NCBI RefSeq assembly: GCF_004010195.1 | Contig: NC_057718.1 | Span: 5,995,110 to 6,059,109 of the forward strand | Direction of reading: 5' to 3' | Length of the DNA stretch: 64,000 nt | From: Chiloscyllium plagiosum | Taxonomy: Eukaryota | Part shown: positions 1-13,571 of the stretch, one piece after another | Numbering within the stretch: position 1 is the stretch's first letter | How the letters are laid out: each line of letters opens with the position of its first letter | Program-made: the position numbers and the translations under genes | Notes under the pieces: generated by a model | Database searches by the model: none | Told to the model about the DNA's origin: nothing | What the model saw: only the letters and a program-made list of their open reading frames with translations

Positions 1-1944
1 AAGTTGTCAAATAATAAATGTTGACTTATAAAAATAGGAAATTAGAAGGTAGTCAGTGGGACTATCACATTCAAGGAATGATTGTAGAAATGATTCAGGG
101 GAGTTTCCCTGAAGTAGATATGACAAATAGGTTCAAGGGAGTACTAGATATCTCCTGAAGACAACGCATTGAAGGATTTGGCTGGTGATTTGCAGACAGC
201 CATCTGATCTATAAAACTGGACTGACTCATTGGTTTTAATAGCCTCTACTTATCCTTGAAAAAATTCTTCTCTTCTTCCAAAAATTACAATGACGAGAGT
301 AGACTTCAGTCTGTCCGGGGAAACTGCATAACAGCGCTAGATGATATCCAAAACTAGCATCTGATAGCCCTCTCAAATCTTACCTCCAAACTCTCTCCAG
401 CACACCCCCTCTCATCTTTAATTATGCTGCTTATAAGTTATTGTATAAAGTATTTAACATGTATTTTTCTGCATTAGACAGTACTGCTCCAACCACAAAG
501 GAGATAGTTGTGATTCTTGAGGGTCAATTATCTTAGTCTCAAATCATCTCGTAGGCATTCCCTTAGGGTAGTGTCCTAGGCCCAACCATTTTCAGCTTCT
601 TCGTCTATGGTCTTGCCTCCATTGTAAGGTCAGGAGTGGGAATCTCCACCGCCGATTGCATAACTCTCAGTAATGATAACTATGATGCCTATCACTAGTT
701 GTGAAAACCATCTGAATCACTAATATTCTTTAGGAGTGGAAATTTATCGAATCAGTCATGAAAGCAACAAAAGGAAGAGGGCATGGATTTAAAGCGTTAG
801 CAAACAAATCAAGGGAGTTATGAGTACAAGCTTTTTCAGACAGCGAGTAGAGACAGTCTGGAATGAACTGCCAGGAATGTATTGATGGAGATTGATTCAT
901 GTGAGGCACTGAAGAGGATATTTAATGATTATTTGGATAGAAAGTTGTGCAGGGGAGAAAGATGGAGGAAAGGCAGGGGATTGGCATTAAGTGCTGGCAC
1001 AATGGGCCAAATGGCTTATTCTGCACAATTCTGTAATGCTATTGTTCTAACCTGGTCTGGGGCCTAAATATATAAAAGCCAGATCCGCAGGAATATGTTT
1101 GATTCTTAACAGTTCTTTGCACTGGCCAGTAAGTCATTCAGTTGAGGAGCAATTAGGGATTGGCAAAAAATGGTGGCCTTGCCAGGGACACTCATAATAC
1201 CTTAAATATTATAAACACAATAACATAGCGCTTCCCAAAAATAATCGATATATCCCTTGTCCTTGAAAGCCTTTTTGAAATGATTCATCATTTGTCATAA
1301 TCAAATTTGACCATTGTTTAATCAAATTGCTCCAAATTTTCGTTCTCTCAAATACTAAGCCCAGTACAGCCATATTGAATTATGACATGATGAAATTCAA
1401 AAGCTGGATAGAAACATGCTCTTAAAATGGCTGTCGCAAATTCATGTGACGTTTGGTGTTTACACTGCAGGCAGTATGAAGGCTCTGGATAGTGGTCTCT
1501 GTGCAGTTATTCCAGCCACTGTGATATAACAAGAAACAGATGGAGACAATCGAGTTCCAAACTTTTCCATTGTCCAGTATTGAGACAAGGAGACTGCAAA
1601 CTTCAAAGTCTTCAGGTATTCTCCCAACTTTAAACAGTGGGACAAGTGAATTCTATAGATGGATGGGGTTTGAATCCTGCTATATCAGATGGTGATATTT
1701 AATTCTGTACAATCTAGAATAGAGAGCTGGCCTAAAGTATAGAATCAAACAGTACCTTCTACACTATCCATAGAATCCCTATTCGGCCCAACAAGTCCCC
1801 ATCGACCCTCCGATGAGCATCCCAGCATCCCTTATCTCATCCCTGTAATCCCTCACTTCCCATGGCTAACCCACATCGCCCGCACATCCATGGACATTAT
1901 GAGGCAATTTAACATGGTCAATCCACCAACCTTCACCTGGTTGG

Positions 1945-3105
1945 TGAGTGGGGCACGTTTTGGTGAAAGTGACCATAACTCAATAAGATTTCAGGTAGTT
2001 ATGGAAAAGGACAAAGATTGACAAGAAATAACTTGAGGGGAAGGATTGATTTTAATATGATAAGTCAGGACCTGGCTAAAGTAGTCTGGGAGCAGCTTCT
2101 AAGAGGCAAGGAGTCATTCAGAAAGGAAATCGTGAGAGTGCAGACCAATCTATTTGTGTCAAGGCAAAGAGTGAGATCAACAAAATCTAAAGCACCTTGG
2201 GTATCGAGGAAAGTACAGGATTGGATTAAACAAAGAGAGGCTTATGGTAGATACTGAAGTTCCGAAAATGTGAATGGCTTCGAGGCAGTTAGAAATTAGG
2301 AAAGTGAAGAGGGGACATGAAAAACACTGGCAGATAAATTAAAGGATAATCCAAAATATATTAAGGTGAGAAGAATTAAATAGTATATTAAGGTGAAAAG
2401 AATTACCAGGAAAAGAGTCAAGGCCATCAGGGACCAAAGCAGCAATCTGGATGTGAAGCTGGAAGATGTCGGTAATGTTTTCAATGAGTAGTTTGCATTT
2501 GTATTCAGTGTAAAGAAGGACGATGTAGGTATCGAAACCAGAGAGGGATACTGTGATATACTTAACAAATTAGCATTGAGAGGAAAGATGTGTTAATGGT
2601 TTTAGCAGACTAGAAGATGGATAAATCCCTAGGCCCAGGTAAGGTATGTTTCAGACTGCTGTGGGAGGCAAGAGAGGAGATTTTAGAGCTCTGACATTAA
2701 TTTTCAAATCCTCTCTGGTCACAGAACTGGGCAGATCATGTGGCACCTTACCAGAAGGTAGGTTGGGAAAAACCAGGAAACTACACAAATATAAGCCAGA
2801 CATCAGTGGAAAGTAAACCACTGGAAAAAGAATTGTAGTCCAGAACTAATCTCCACTTGGAGAGGCAAAGATTAATCAAGGAAAGTCTACATGACAGTGT
2901 CAGGGATAATTATGTCTAAAACATTTGACTGATTTTTTTTCAAACAGTTACAAGCTGTGTAAGATGAGGCTAGTGCAGTTGATGTAAGCATTAGCAAAGC
3001 TTTTGAACGGGTTTAATGTGGGAGTCTGTTCAAGATGGTACAAACCCATTGGATATGGAGTACTTTGGCAAATTGGATTCAAAAATGCCTTAGTGGTGAA
3101 AGGTA
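1945..3105 (+). mobile_element. Degenerate CR1 ORF2 fragment
   Basis: ESDHNSI, APW, KDNPK, DKSLGP and SKAF remnants. Confidence 0.85.
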
Positions 3106-3149
3106 ATATAGAAGTGAATGCTGGTCCTGTTTCTGTGGGGTAGCAGAGA

Positions 3150-3400
3150 GAAGATAGTGGAGTTGTACGTTGCTGAGCTCAGAAAGTCATCAAACTTCTT
3201 TCCATACTGAGGGGCATCCAGCTTCCCCTGGGACACAGTAGTCACCCAAGTTACTAGCGGTGGTCAGGCTGGCTCAGTCTGGTAGCATGACCTCTTGTAG
3301 AGGTCAGCTGGAGAAAGGACAACCTTCCTTTCCACCACACAAGTTCACCAGCACCTCCAGGTCTCAGAAAAAGGTGTGAGACATCCTTCCTGGGCCATGA
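3150..3400 (-). mobile_element. Degenerate Harbinger-type Myb/SANT-like protein fragment
   Basis: MAQEG..PFS.DLEVLV ... W ... QYGKKFDDFLSSA, with frameshifts. Confidence 0.5.
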
Positions 3401-3824
3401 TGCTTGAGCAGCACAGTTTGAGGCACAGTTCCTGGTTTGCAGCGTACAAATCGGTTTACAACTGGGCTTTAAACATGATGCTCATGATGTGAATGATGCT
3501 TCCACCTCTCCTGCTGTCCAATGGCACGAGAAAGTGTCCAAGGTGAAAAATGAACGAGGTGAAGGGAGGTGCATTCTGAAAGAAATGTCACTCTGGGACA
3601 TGGAGAAGCAGGTGCTGTGAATCTCACTGGATAAAACACTTGATCTGACAAGAGAAAATTCCAACCAATGTAAGCACGTGAAGATCTCACGTTTGGTTCT
3701 GCACCTGTGCTGTGATAAGAGGAGTGATGGTAACTTTCCACAGCATCCCTGAGCCAAACAGCAGGAAAGGAGGTCTTGCTCCCCATAGCGTTGGGCAAAG
3801 AATGAGGCAACTGATGATGCTGTA

Positions 3825-4078
3825 ATACATCACCGTGAATTCAAGCTTTCAGAAAAAGAAACGGAAATGACATCACCACAGGAAATTACATCACGAACCC
3901 AAGGAAACCTAAACACAAAATAGAAAGCTGGTCTCTAACACCAGTGTTTCACCAGAAACTCACTTATGATGTTGCCTAGTACGGTGACGAAACGTCTGAA
4001 AACAAACTTTCCAGCTCAGTGAGCAAACCTACATCCAGAACTTCAACCTGAGATCTAAATCATCTCAAAACTCACTAA
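3825..4078 (+). mobile_element. Penelope-like 3' pseudo-LTR of a different family, with a mutated hammerhead core
   Basis: CA-CUuAUGA-U-GUUGCC..GGUGAC-GAAA-CG-UC-UG at about 3961-3998. Confidence 0.6.
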
Positions 4079-4084
4079 GAAAAG

Positions 4085-5400
4085 GCCAGGTTTGGGGTAC
4101 TGTGTACAGTTCTGGTCATCCTGCTGTAGGAAGGATATTATTAAATTGGAGATGGTTTAGAAAAAGTTTTTCCCAGATGTTGGGGAGAGCTTGAGTTAGA
4201 AGGATAAGTTAGAACTCTTTTTTACTGGAGCATAGGAAGTTGAGGAGTGACCTTATTGAAGCTTATACAATTATGACGGGTATAGATAAGATGACTAGCA
4301 AAGGTCTTTTCCCCAGGGTGGGGGAGTTCAAAACTAGGGAGCATGCTAGTCACTGCCACCTTCTGGAACCTGACAAAGCCACCTTCCTGCCAAAACATGA
4401 CTTAAAAAAGAAGGGGAGAGAAAGCAAAGAAGAGATTTAAAAAAACAGAAAAGCTAAAAAATAGAAAAGAAAAGAAGATGGAGTGGACAAGCCTCGAGCA
4501 CAGGAGCCCAGATGCTGCCTCCACAATCATATGGCATCATGAAGCAAACAATAGAAACTGCAGAAAGCTGCAGCACAAACAGGCCTGGGGATACTTATGC
4601 ATGAAATACAGACAGCTAGCACCACAGAGGCAGCAGGAGATCAAAAAGGCAAATGCAATGGTTGGCCCTTATTTCAAGGGGAGAAGTCTTAATGCAACTG
4701 TACAAGGTGCTGGGGAGACCACAGCTGGAGTACTCTAGGCAGTTTTGGTCCCCTTATTTAAGGAAAGATTTCATTTCTTTGGAGGCGGTTCAGGGAAGAT
4801 TTGCGAGGATGATCCCTGGTATGGAGGGATTGTCTTATGAGAAAAGGCTAAAGAGGTTGGGACTCCATCCATTGGAGTTGATAAGAATGAAAGGTAATCT
4901 CATTGAAACATACAGGGGCTTGGCAGGGTAAGGGCTGAGAGACAAAAGTAGAAATTACTAGAAAGGCTCAGCAGGTCTGGTGGCATCTATGAAGAGAGAT
5001 CAGAGTTAACCTTTGTCTCTAATTTACAACATCCACAGTTCTTTTGGTATTTTTAAAGGCTGAGAAGATATTTCCCCTCAATGGAGAGTCTAGGACCAGA
5101 GGGTATAACTTAAGCATAAAGGAACACCAATTTAAGACTGAGTTGAGAAGGAATTTCTTCTCTCAGAAGATTGCAAGTCTTTGGAACTCTTTGCTGTAGA
5201 CACTTGTGTGGGCAGAGTCCTATTCGAAATACAAGGGCTGAGTTAGGTAGATTTTTGTTGAACCATAGAATCAAAGATAACAGGGAAATGGCACAAAGGT
5301 GGACATGAGGAATTTCAGATCAGCCATGATCCTACTGCCTGACAGGGCAGGTTCAAGGGGACAAATGGCCTCCTCCTGTTTCTATTCCTTACAGACTTAT
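4085..5400 (+). mobile_element. Cluster of CR1 3' fragments with nested inserts
   Basis: ORF 4653..4931 includes RPQLEYSRQFWSP. CR1 3'UTR present. Confidence 0.8.
4941..5057. mobile_element. Short fold-back-family insert in CR1
   Basis: TSD GGCTGAGA at 4933-4940 and 5058-5065. Confidence 0.65.
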
Positions 5401-6060
5401 TTGAACTTTTAATGTAATATTAAACTATGTCGCAGATTTTGAGAGTGTTTCCACAGAATTCATAAATCAAACTTCAAATTTTCGACAGGGAAATCTGTTC
5501 TCAATTATATTTAGAGCGAGACATAAACAGCAACAGGATAATTTGACCGTCTGAAGCAAATATGAAGAACAGAGCCTTAATCCGATGCCCAGGCATTGTT
5601 TCTTGGTGCTGTAATAACCTTTGTCCTTTCATACAGTTTTCTATTTCAAGCAAAAACTGATAGCACCCCTCCTTTAACATCACAATGTTACAGTTTCCAG
5701 CCGACAGTAGCTACAATTCTTGGTGGTAGCACCAACAAGAAACAGACAAGAAATTAAATCAAGATTCACTTGACATCGTGGTTCAGCATAAATTATCCCA
5801 GGTGGCAATTGTAAAGCAGAAAGTGGGATTCATCTAGGTGGCCTGGGAATATTTCAGCTAATAAGAGAAAGTGAGGACTGCAGATTGTGAAGGGTGGAGG
5901 AGACACAGCGCCACACTTTTCGACAACACATCAGCAAATATCAGTAATAGACATTATTGTTTGTGGAACTTTGCTGTGTACAAACTGGTTGTTGGTTTTT
6001 CCATGGCATTATCGGTTTTATCCTTTGTGATAATCCGAGGTCATGAAAGGTGCTATTATA

Positions 6061-6377
6061 GGGTGGAAGGTGGTTCAGTGGTTAGCACTGCTGCCTCACA
6101 GCACCAGGGACCCAGGTTTGTTTCCAGCCTTGGGTGACTGTGTGGAGTTTGTACATTCTCCCTGAATCTGCATGGGTTTCTTCCCACAGTCCAAAGATGT
6201 GCAGGTTAGGTGGCCATGCTAAATTCCCCATGGTGTTCAGGGATGTGTGGGTTAGGTGCATTAGTCAGGGTAAATAGGGGTAAATAGGGGAGGGATATGG
6301 GTCTGGGTGGGTTAATATTCGGAGGGTTGGTGTGGACTTTTTTGGTCAAAGGGCCTATTTCCACACTGTAGAGATTC
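6061..6377 (+). mobile_element. HE1-type V-SINE
   Basis: tRNA head (TCAGTGGTTAGCACTGCTGCCTCACAGC) and V-domain. Confidence 0.88.
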
Positions 6378-7025
6378 AATAAAAATTTTAAATGCAAGCA
6401 TTTCATTCTTGCTTCATGTGAAATTGTGTATAGAGTTGGCAAACAAATACTTTAGGGAAATAAATGCAAAGATTGAAATGGCAAACTTCTTTGACTTATT
6501 GTTTTGCCACCTGTCCAACTATGAATTCTCATCAGTCTGCCTCAAATATTAATCCACTCACCGGTCATTCTGAATCCCCTCCTTACTGTTGCCACTGACC
6601 TCAGGCAGCAGTGTTCCCACTGCCCAGCTAAAAATTATACTGATATCAAGTGACCAGGAGAAAACAAATGCAACTGAATGTGTTCTTCTTCTCATTGCTA
6701 TGGTGAGGGTCAGTCTACCCAACAACAAAAAAGTTTATTTTGCTGAGAAGCAGAGAAGTGAATGATAAAAGCATCGACAGACAAAAAAATATCAGCTAAG
6801 ACATTCACCAATGGACTAAGAAACTAAACCACATCAAGGAACCAGATACAATTGGCACATGTGGGTCCAAGTAGGTACAGCCTCACTTAATCATGGAAAT
6901 AATAACAATATCCATATCTAAAAAGTGACAATGGGAACTACAGATAGGTAATCTTAAATATCAGTTATGGATAATATCGATATGGTCAGAGGTATTCTGT
7001 TTGTTAGAGAAGGAATAGTAGGCTG

Positions 7026-7838
7026 CAGGTAGTTCCTGAGTTGCAAACCCAGGTTTCCGTTCTTGCGTCGAATTGCAAGTTGATTTGTACACAAGGCAGA
7101 TTTTAGATTTAGCTTTCATTGTCATGTGTACTCAAGTACAGGGTACACGAGTCCAGTGAAAAGTGTACAATGTCACCACACGCAGCACCATCTGAGGTGC
7201 AAAGTACCCTGGTACAAATTCTTAGTTACAGAAGTAGGAAAATAAGGAAATAAGTTAAAAAGTTCAACACTACAGTCTTTTGAGCATAAAGTGGAAAATG
7301 AAGAACTAACATTAAAAGTCAAACAGGACAGTTCTTTCCTAAGCCATAGTTCAGCAAACACTCCAAGCTGGGCTGTCCCCAGGAGGGCTCACTCTCCCCC
7401 ATACTGACCACGTTTTACCACACTGGGCTAAGATCCAGCTGTGCTCACCAACTGCCTTCACAGCTGACTGCCTCTGCTGACCTCGATAGGACACTCTGGG
7501 CTTCAGAGTTGCTTGCAAAGCTTCGGCCCTGACCGCCCCTTCGCCACTAACCATTACTGCCGCCATCTTTTTACGGCTGCCGCCATCCTTCGCTGTTGAC
7601 CACCGCCTCGCCACCATCTGGGCCCACGCTTGTCCATAATCCATTGCCACGTTAGCCACCTCACTGCAAAATCCCACTCTGGTACCACTCCGGACGCAAT
7701 GCAGGACAATATAAAATAGCCAGTCATATAATGGGAATGTTTATACATTGGGTCTTTAAAAATTGAAACCACATATGAGATCGTGTTTGCATATGCGAGC
7801 ATTCGTAAGTCAGAGGTTTGTAAATTAGGGAACCCCTG
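7026..7838. mobile_element. Tigger-like MITE interrupted by a minus-strand non-autonomous retroelement (about 7098-7705)
   Basis: TIRs CAGGTAGTTCCTGAGTTGCAAAC and CAGGGGTTCCCTAATTTACAAAC. Confidence 0.6.
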
Positions 7839-8902
7839 TATACAGCTTAGGGGCACAAGTCTGCACCAAGCGTCAGAGAATGCGATCAGGTAGCTATCCA
7901 TGAGCTACTGCAATTGACGTAGGAATAAAACCCACACCATTGTGATCATTCTGCACCACACTCTGGACAACTCAACTAATTGACTCACTAGAGGGATGAA
8001 GATTCACCTAAGCTGGACAAAGTCAGATCTCCGAATCTACAGCACTCGAGAAGACTTTTGTCCTTGGATTTATTTGGGATGGAGTTAGCATGGAATTGTC
8101 AGTGTGTGGATTCATCTCTGAGATTTAGTGGGAATCTTTAAAAAACACTCAAATTCCATCCCGGTATTTTGGATTTAGACAAGGTTCATTGTTCTGCTAA
8201 ATGAGCAATTGATTCCCAAAGGAAGAAGCCATTGAATAGGATGTTCTCAAGAGCAGTGAAAATCAACAAAAGTCAGAGAAAGTAAAAAGAATGATTGTGA
8301 CTGGAACTATACTGATAAAGAAAGGATTCTATAGAGAGCCGCTCAGAGGAAAGGGAAGTGAAAAAACATCACCTGACTTTGCAGATGTTGCTGAACCTTT
8401 GGGGAGGTGATGGGAGATGATGAAAGGTGATTATACTATAAGAAAGAGAAATGTGAACAATCTCAGGCGACTGACAGAAACATCCCCTGTTCCTTTGTTC
8501 CTGAAAAGAAGTTTTGTAGAACTATTGTTTGAGAACATTCTGGACAACCAGCATTCCTTCATCTTTTTTTACACTCCAGTAGTTCCTCCAACAAGATCCT
8601 TGTCCACAAGTTGAACAGCTTTCCATAGTCTTACTCCACCCTATCAGAGTGATCTTCTTTGCTTACAAGTCCTTGTCTGATCCCTCAGGTTCACTGACAC
8701 CAGATTAGTTATTGGCTCCCATTCACATTGCATTACTATCAAAGAATGATCACACATTTAGATTGCCTTTGGTCACTTCAACAATCACTCACAACCCCTA
8801 TGACACACCTTAGCGAGGGGCACTGCTTGATTGATGTAGCTCCTTCATTAATGTCACCCTTCCATTGCTCCTATGTCTTGACTGGGGCTATCTGATGGCA
8901 GG

Positions 8903-9125
8903 TACCATCCTTTCTGGTATTATGTATGTTTTGTCAACACAAGTTGACTGTAAAGCAATTGATGAATAGGTGAACATTGTTTGTAAAACACACACTTTTG
9001 CATATGTGTATTGGCTATAACACCATTCCATTCCGACACTTTAAGTATATTTTTATTGCACAATTTTTATGTAGCTCAAGGTCACGCAAGGACACAACTA
9101 CCATGTTATAGCAGAAAGGACTGTA
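8903..9125. mobile_element. Older copy of the same MITE, reversed
   Basis: Colinear similarity to 36516-36734, with TA-like ends. Confidence 0.6.
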
Positions 9126-9377
9126 TTGTGATGAATAACTGAGGTTAGTTTTCCTGGGACAGGACTGCAGCAGCATGTTCCAAAACTACGGCTGTAGAAC
9201 ATTCTGTGGCATTTGTGAGCACAAAGATTTTGCCACAAATCCTTTTTCTTTGATTGGGTTTAAGAGCCTAATTGGTTCATATTGGTTGACTAACCGCCAT
9301 CATTGATTTGTAACAAATTGTACTTTATTACACTTAGGTTAGCTTTTGAACATTCTAACTTAGAACATGAGGAGAAG

Positions 9378-9800
9378 GGGCCCCTCTTGCAGTGGTAGTT
9401 TCCTTACCCCTGGACTGAGAGGCCCAGTTTCAAGTCCCACCAGCTCCAGAGGTGTGTAGTAACATCTCTAAACAGACTAATGAGAAAAATGTTTCTATAA
9501 ATAAATTCTAGAATATGAGGAGATAGTAAGGGCCTTTGTGATGCCATGGTAGTGTCCTCATCTCTGAGCCAGGAGATCTGGATTCAAGTCCCACCTGCTT
9601 CAGCAGTATGTCTTACCATGTCTGAACAAGATGATTTAAATAATTATCAGGAACCCCTTTGCTCAGAGAGTGTTGAATGCTTTGGGCTCTTGCAGCGCTG
9701 TGGTTCTGCCTCTACCTCTGATTCAGAAGGTTTGTTTTCAGTCTGACTGTCCCCAGACATAAGCCATAGCATGTTCAAACAGCTTGTTGAAAAATTAACA
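9378..9800 (+). repeat. Three head-to-tail short tRNA-like SINE units
   Basis: Units at about 9378, 9529 and 9684 share tggtagt...ttcaagtcccac...catgtctgaacag. Confidence 0.6.
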
Positions 9801-10809
9801 ATGAGGAGACCTGTAGATTTCACTGCACAAAATCTATTTTCTGGTTTATTCCTACCAAGTCTAGTTTGACATCACCATCTTGATGCAATCTCCAACATTG
9901 ACCCTTTCAAAAGCACCACCTTATGCAGCACCTTTTACCAACTTGTAAGATCTATGAGTTAGAGACCATTAAAAATGATGGTGACTTATCTTGATTCAAT
10001 GCAAATCTCACCTGGTTTGCTCTTCTTTGAAGTTAATGGACAGTAACACAGAACAGTTTGTAAAATAAACATACTATTAATTATTTTTGGTATCCATCCT
10101 GAGGAGTAAAATTAAACTACCTCCATTGTCTCCACGATTTATTTTGAATTATGTATCAAATACAGGTTGTAATCACTGGTTCTTCAGGACAAGATAAAAC
10201 AGCAGAATAGATGGGAAAGCCTGCACAAAACCTGGCTGGGCTGTAGCTCCAACCCATCACTGAATGTATACCAGCACATGTAAGATCTTTCTGAGATGCA
10301 TAATTTCCAAATTATCTTTTAAAATTTTCAAGCATCTTTCCAAGAATAATTTTAACTTGTGCAAGATAATTGTATTCCTAACATATTGTCCAAATAAAAT
10401 AGGTGTGTTATATCTATGTAAGTTCCCTGCAGTCTTGTTATTTTGTATTCTAACTCCCACTACGCCCATATTATCTCAGATCTGTGATTTCAAAGTGGAA
10501 ATTCCCTCTGCTTTTCTGCGATTCTTTTGATTTTTCTCACTTTCGCATCATACTATGATAAAAGAGCCTGCCTAAAGCAGCAACAGAGATCAATTTTAGT
10601 TCCCCCCTCCAGGACTTAATGGGATCTGATAACAAACAGCTGTTAGCTGCCTCACAGTGAAACAGCATCCTTTCCCTGGGATTAAGCCAATTCCTGCACT
10701 GCTGGATGGAATCCATCTGCTCTGCAAGAGGAAGACACAGAAAATTGCAAGTATTCATGTGCATTTACTTGCACTAATAAATATATGATTGATCTGATTG
10801 TAATATCTA

Positions 10810-11233
10810 ATCAAGCAGAGTCAGAATGGGAAGCTGTGCCTGATTAATTTATTAGAGTTTTTCAAGGAATTCTCAACCAGAGTGGATAGAGGGGAACAAG
10901 TAGATGTGCTGTATTTCGAATTTCAAATTTGTGTTTAGCACAGCGCCTCACAAAGTATTAAGTCATAAGATAAGAGCCCATGGTGTTCAATGTAGCATAT
11001 TGTCGTGGATAGAGAATTGGCTCAAAAACAGGAAACAGGGAATGGGAATAAGGGTATTTTTTCAGGTTGATGACCAGTGGTGTTCCACAGGGATCAGTGC
11101 TGTGACTTCAACTATTTCAATATATGTCGATGACTTGGAGAAAGGAAGCGAATGTACTGTAGCCAAATTTGTAGGGGACACAAGAATAGGTGAAAAGGTA
11201 AACTGTGAGAGGGTTACAAACAGTTTACAGATA
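10810..11233 (+). mobile_element. CR1 RT fragment, left part of the host interrupted by the Penelope-like element
   Basis: SWIENWL, YVDDLE, KFVGDT and NSLQI motifs. Confidence 0.85.
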
Positions 11234-11489
11234 TGATTTGGAGATGCTGGTGTTAGACTACAGTGTACAAAGTTAAAAATCACACAACACCAAGGTTATA
11301 GTTCAACAGGTTTATTTGGAAGCACTAGCTTTTGGAGCGCTGCTCCTTCATCAGGTGGTTGTGGAGAATAAGATCATAAGACACAGAATTTACAGCAAAA
11401 GTTTGCAGTGTGATGTAACTGAAATTATATATTGAAAACAGCCTGGATTGTTTGTAAAGTCTCTCATCTTTTAGAATGTTCCCTCGGAG

Positions 11490-12012
11490 ACTACTTCAAC
11501 AGAGCAACAGAGCAACAGAGGATTACTAAGAAGGAAATACGCAGAGGAAAAATTAGGTATGAAGGTAAACTGGCCAAGAATATTAAGGAGGATAGTAAAA
11601 GCTTTTTTAGGTATGTGCAAGGCAAAAAAATGGTTAGGACAAAAATTGGGCCCTTGAAGACAGAAACAGGGGAATATATTACTAGGAACAAAGAAATGGC
11701 AGAGGAATTAAATGGGTACTTCAGATCTGTGTTCACTGGGGAAGACACAAGCAATCTCCCTGAGGTAACAGTGGTTGAAGGACCTGAACTTAAGGGAATT
11801 TATATTTGCCAGGATTTGGTGTTGGAGAGACTGTTAGGTCTGAAGGTTGATAAGTCTCCGGGGCCTGATGGTCTGAATCTCAGGGTACTGAAGGAGGTGG
11901 CTCGAGAAATCGTGGATGCATTTGTGATTATTTTCCAGAGTTCAATAGATTCGGGGTCGGTTCCTGAGGATTGGAGGGTGGCTAATGTTATACCACTTTT
12001 TAAGAAAGGTGA
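11490..12012 (+). mobile_element. CR1 ORF2 internal fragment
   Basis: ORF 11432..12145 includes KSFFRY, KSPGPDG and VPEDWRVANV. Confidence 0.88.
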
Positions 12013-12929
12013 GCGAAATTTTGTGGCTAGAATTCACTCTATAATTCAAGTTATAACTCACTTTACAAACACTTACATTATTTCCTGCACAAATAAGGGA
12101 CCATGTGATAATCTCAATTCATCTTACTCAGCTTTCATTTTATAGAAGCTCTCTCTTCTCATCATTTCTTTTCAGACCTTGAGTCATATCCATCAATAGC
12201 TCTATTCTATCTGAAGTCCCCAGGCATGGTTAGTATCAAGGCACACATCCATAAACCCTCTCCCACTCGGATTACACCAACACAAAATTCACAGAAATCT
12301 ATGATCCCTTTAAGCACTTCACCACCAGAAGGGATATTGTCCAATAGCAATCCTGCTTTTCCTGTCTTCAATGTTCTGTCCTTTCTGACTATATAACTCT
12401 GTATAACACAGAATCTTCTCTATTCTCATGAGACCAGCCTCAGCATTAGGAGTCCTTCAAAACTGACACATCAAAAACTGTTCAATCTGAAGGGAGCATA
12501 ATTTGTTTTCCTTTTTTCCTGAATTTCCACTCTTCTGAACTGCCAAACAGAAAAATGCTGAAACTAACCCTACTGCAATTATCTTTCCATTTGCCATTTG
12601 TTTTTAAATTGTTCATTCCCTAGGCAACCAAAGGTCAGATGGGCATTGCTTCGAACGGAATGATATCTTAATCAGGAAACAATTAAATCATCTTTCAGAA
12701 AACATACACAGTGAAAATAGAGGCTTTTTCCAGCACAGAGGTCAGCGCCGAATAAATAAAAAATGGTTAAATAAATACTAGATTTTCTGAGATACAAATA
12801 CTTTTATCTTTGTACAACTACAATGCCTTATTTTTTTTCTGCTACTCATGCATAGTGCAATTTGTATGTTTTCAGCTGAGCTAGAGGCCAGTTGCTGAGA
12901 TCCCTGCACTAACTACTGAAGTGTTCCTG

Positions 12930-13060
12930 ACAAGGTTCAGTTCATTTGGGGGACATTGAGGGGTTCCTGATGAATCAAACAATCATTGGCAAAACTTTAG
13001 ATATCATGTATAACTTATTTGCTAACTATGGAATCCTAGAGGAAATTATGTCCAACAGAG
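12930..13060 (+). mobile_element. Degenerate Gypsy-type integrase core fragment
   Basis: FLMNQTIIGKTLDIMYNLFANYGILEEIMSNR resembles the rve motif 'T...L..LFA.YGxPE.IVSDNG'. Confidence 0.5.
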
Positions 13061-13061
13061 C

Positions 13062-13211
13062 TCTCAAAGATAATGGAGTCAAGGGTTATGGAGATAAGGC
13101 AGGAACAGGATACTGATTAGGAATGATCAGCCATGATTATATTGAATGGCGGTGCAGGCTCGAAGGGCTGAATGGCCTACTCCTGCACCTATTGTCTATT
13201 GTCTATTGTCT
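13062..13211 (+). mobile_element. CR1 3' end with (CTATTGT)3 tail
   Basis: Typical CR1 3'UTR and a heptamer microsatellite tail. Confidence 0.85.
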
Positions 13212-13388
13212 AACAGTCCAGGAAATTTGACCTTCGACCTTCACGCGACCATTCTTCAAGGCAGATTTTGGGACAGGCAACAACGAAAAGTGGCCGAGCC
13301 GAGGCTGTTAGCCGAGTTCGGTACCCATGAGGATGACCTCAACCGGGACCTTGGGTTCATGTCACACTACAGGTGACCCCATTGCAAT

Positions 13389-13437
13389 ACACGCACGCAC
13401 GCATGCACACACATACGCACACACACACACACACACA
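13389..13437. repeat. (CA/CG)n microsatellite
   Basis: acacgcacgcacgcatgcacacacatacgcacacacacacac. Confidence 0.9.
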
Positions 13438-13571
13438 TAGACATATAAGCTTGTGGGGTGAATTTGTACTTGCAGAATTACATTTTACTTTGCTCAAAAA
13501 CTGCATGAATCCATGTCAGATTCTGTAAATCCATCTTTTAGATTAGAATCAGTCTGACTGTTGTGGCACAG

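Noticed and set aside
3811..3840. CTGATGA as a hammerhead or C/D-box element
   Set aside because: No stem II plus GAAA follows, and no convincing partner box is present.
11432..12145. 237-aa ORF as a gene
   Set aside because: Chimera of pseudo-LTR, CR1 ORF2 fragment and flanking DNA.
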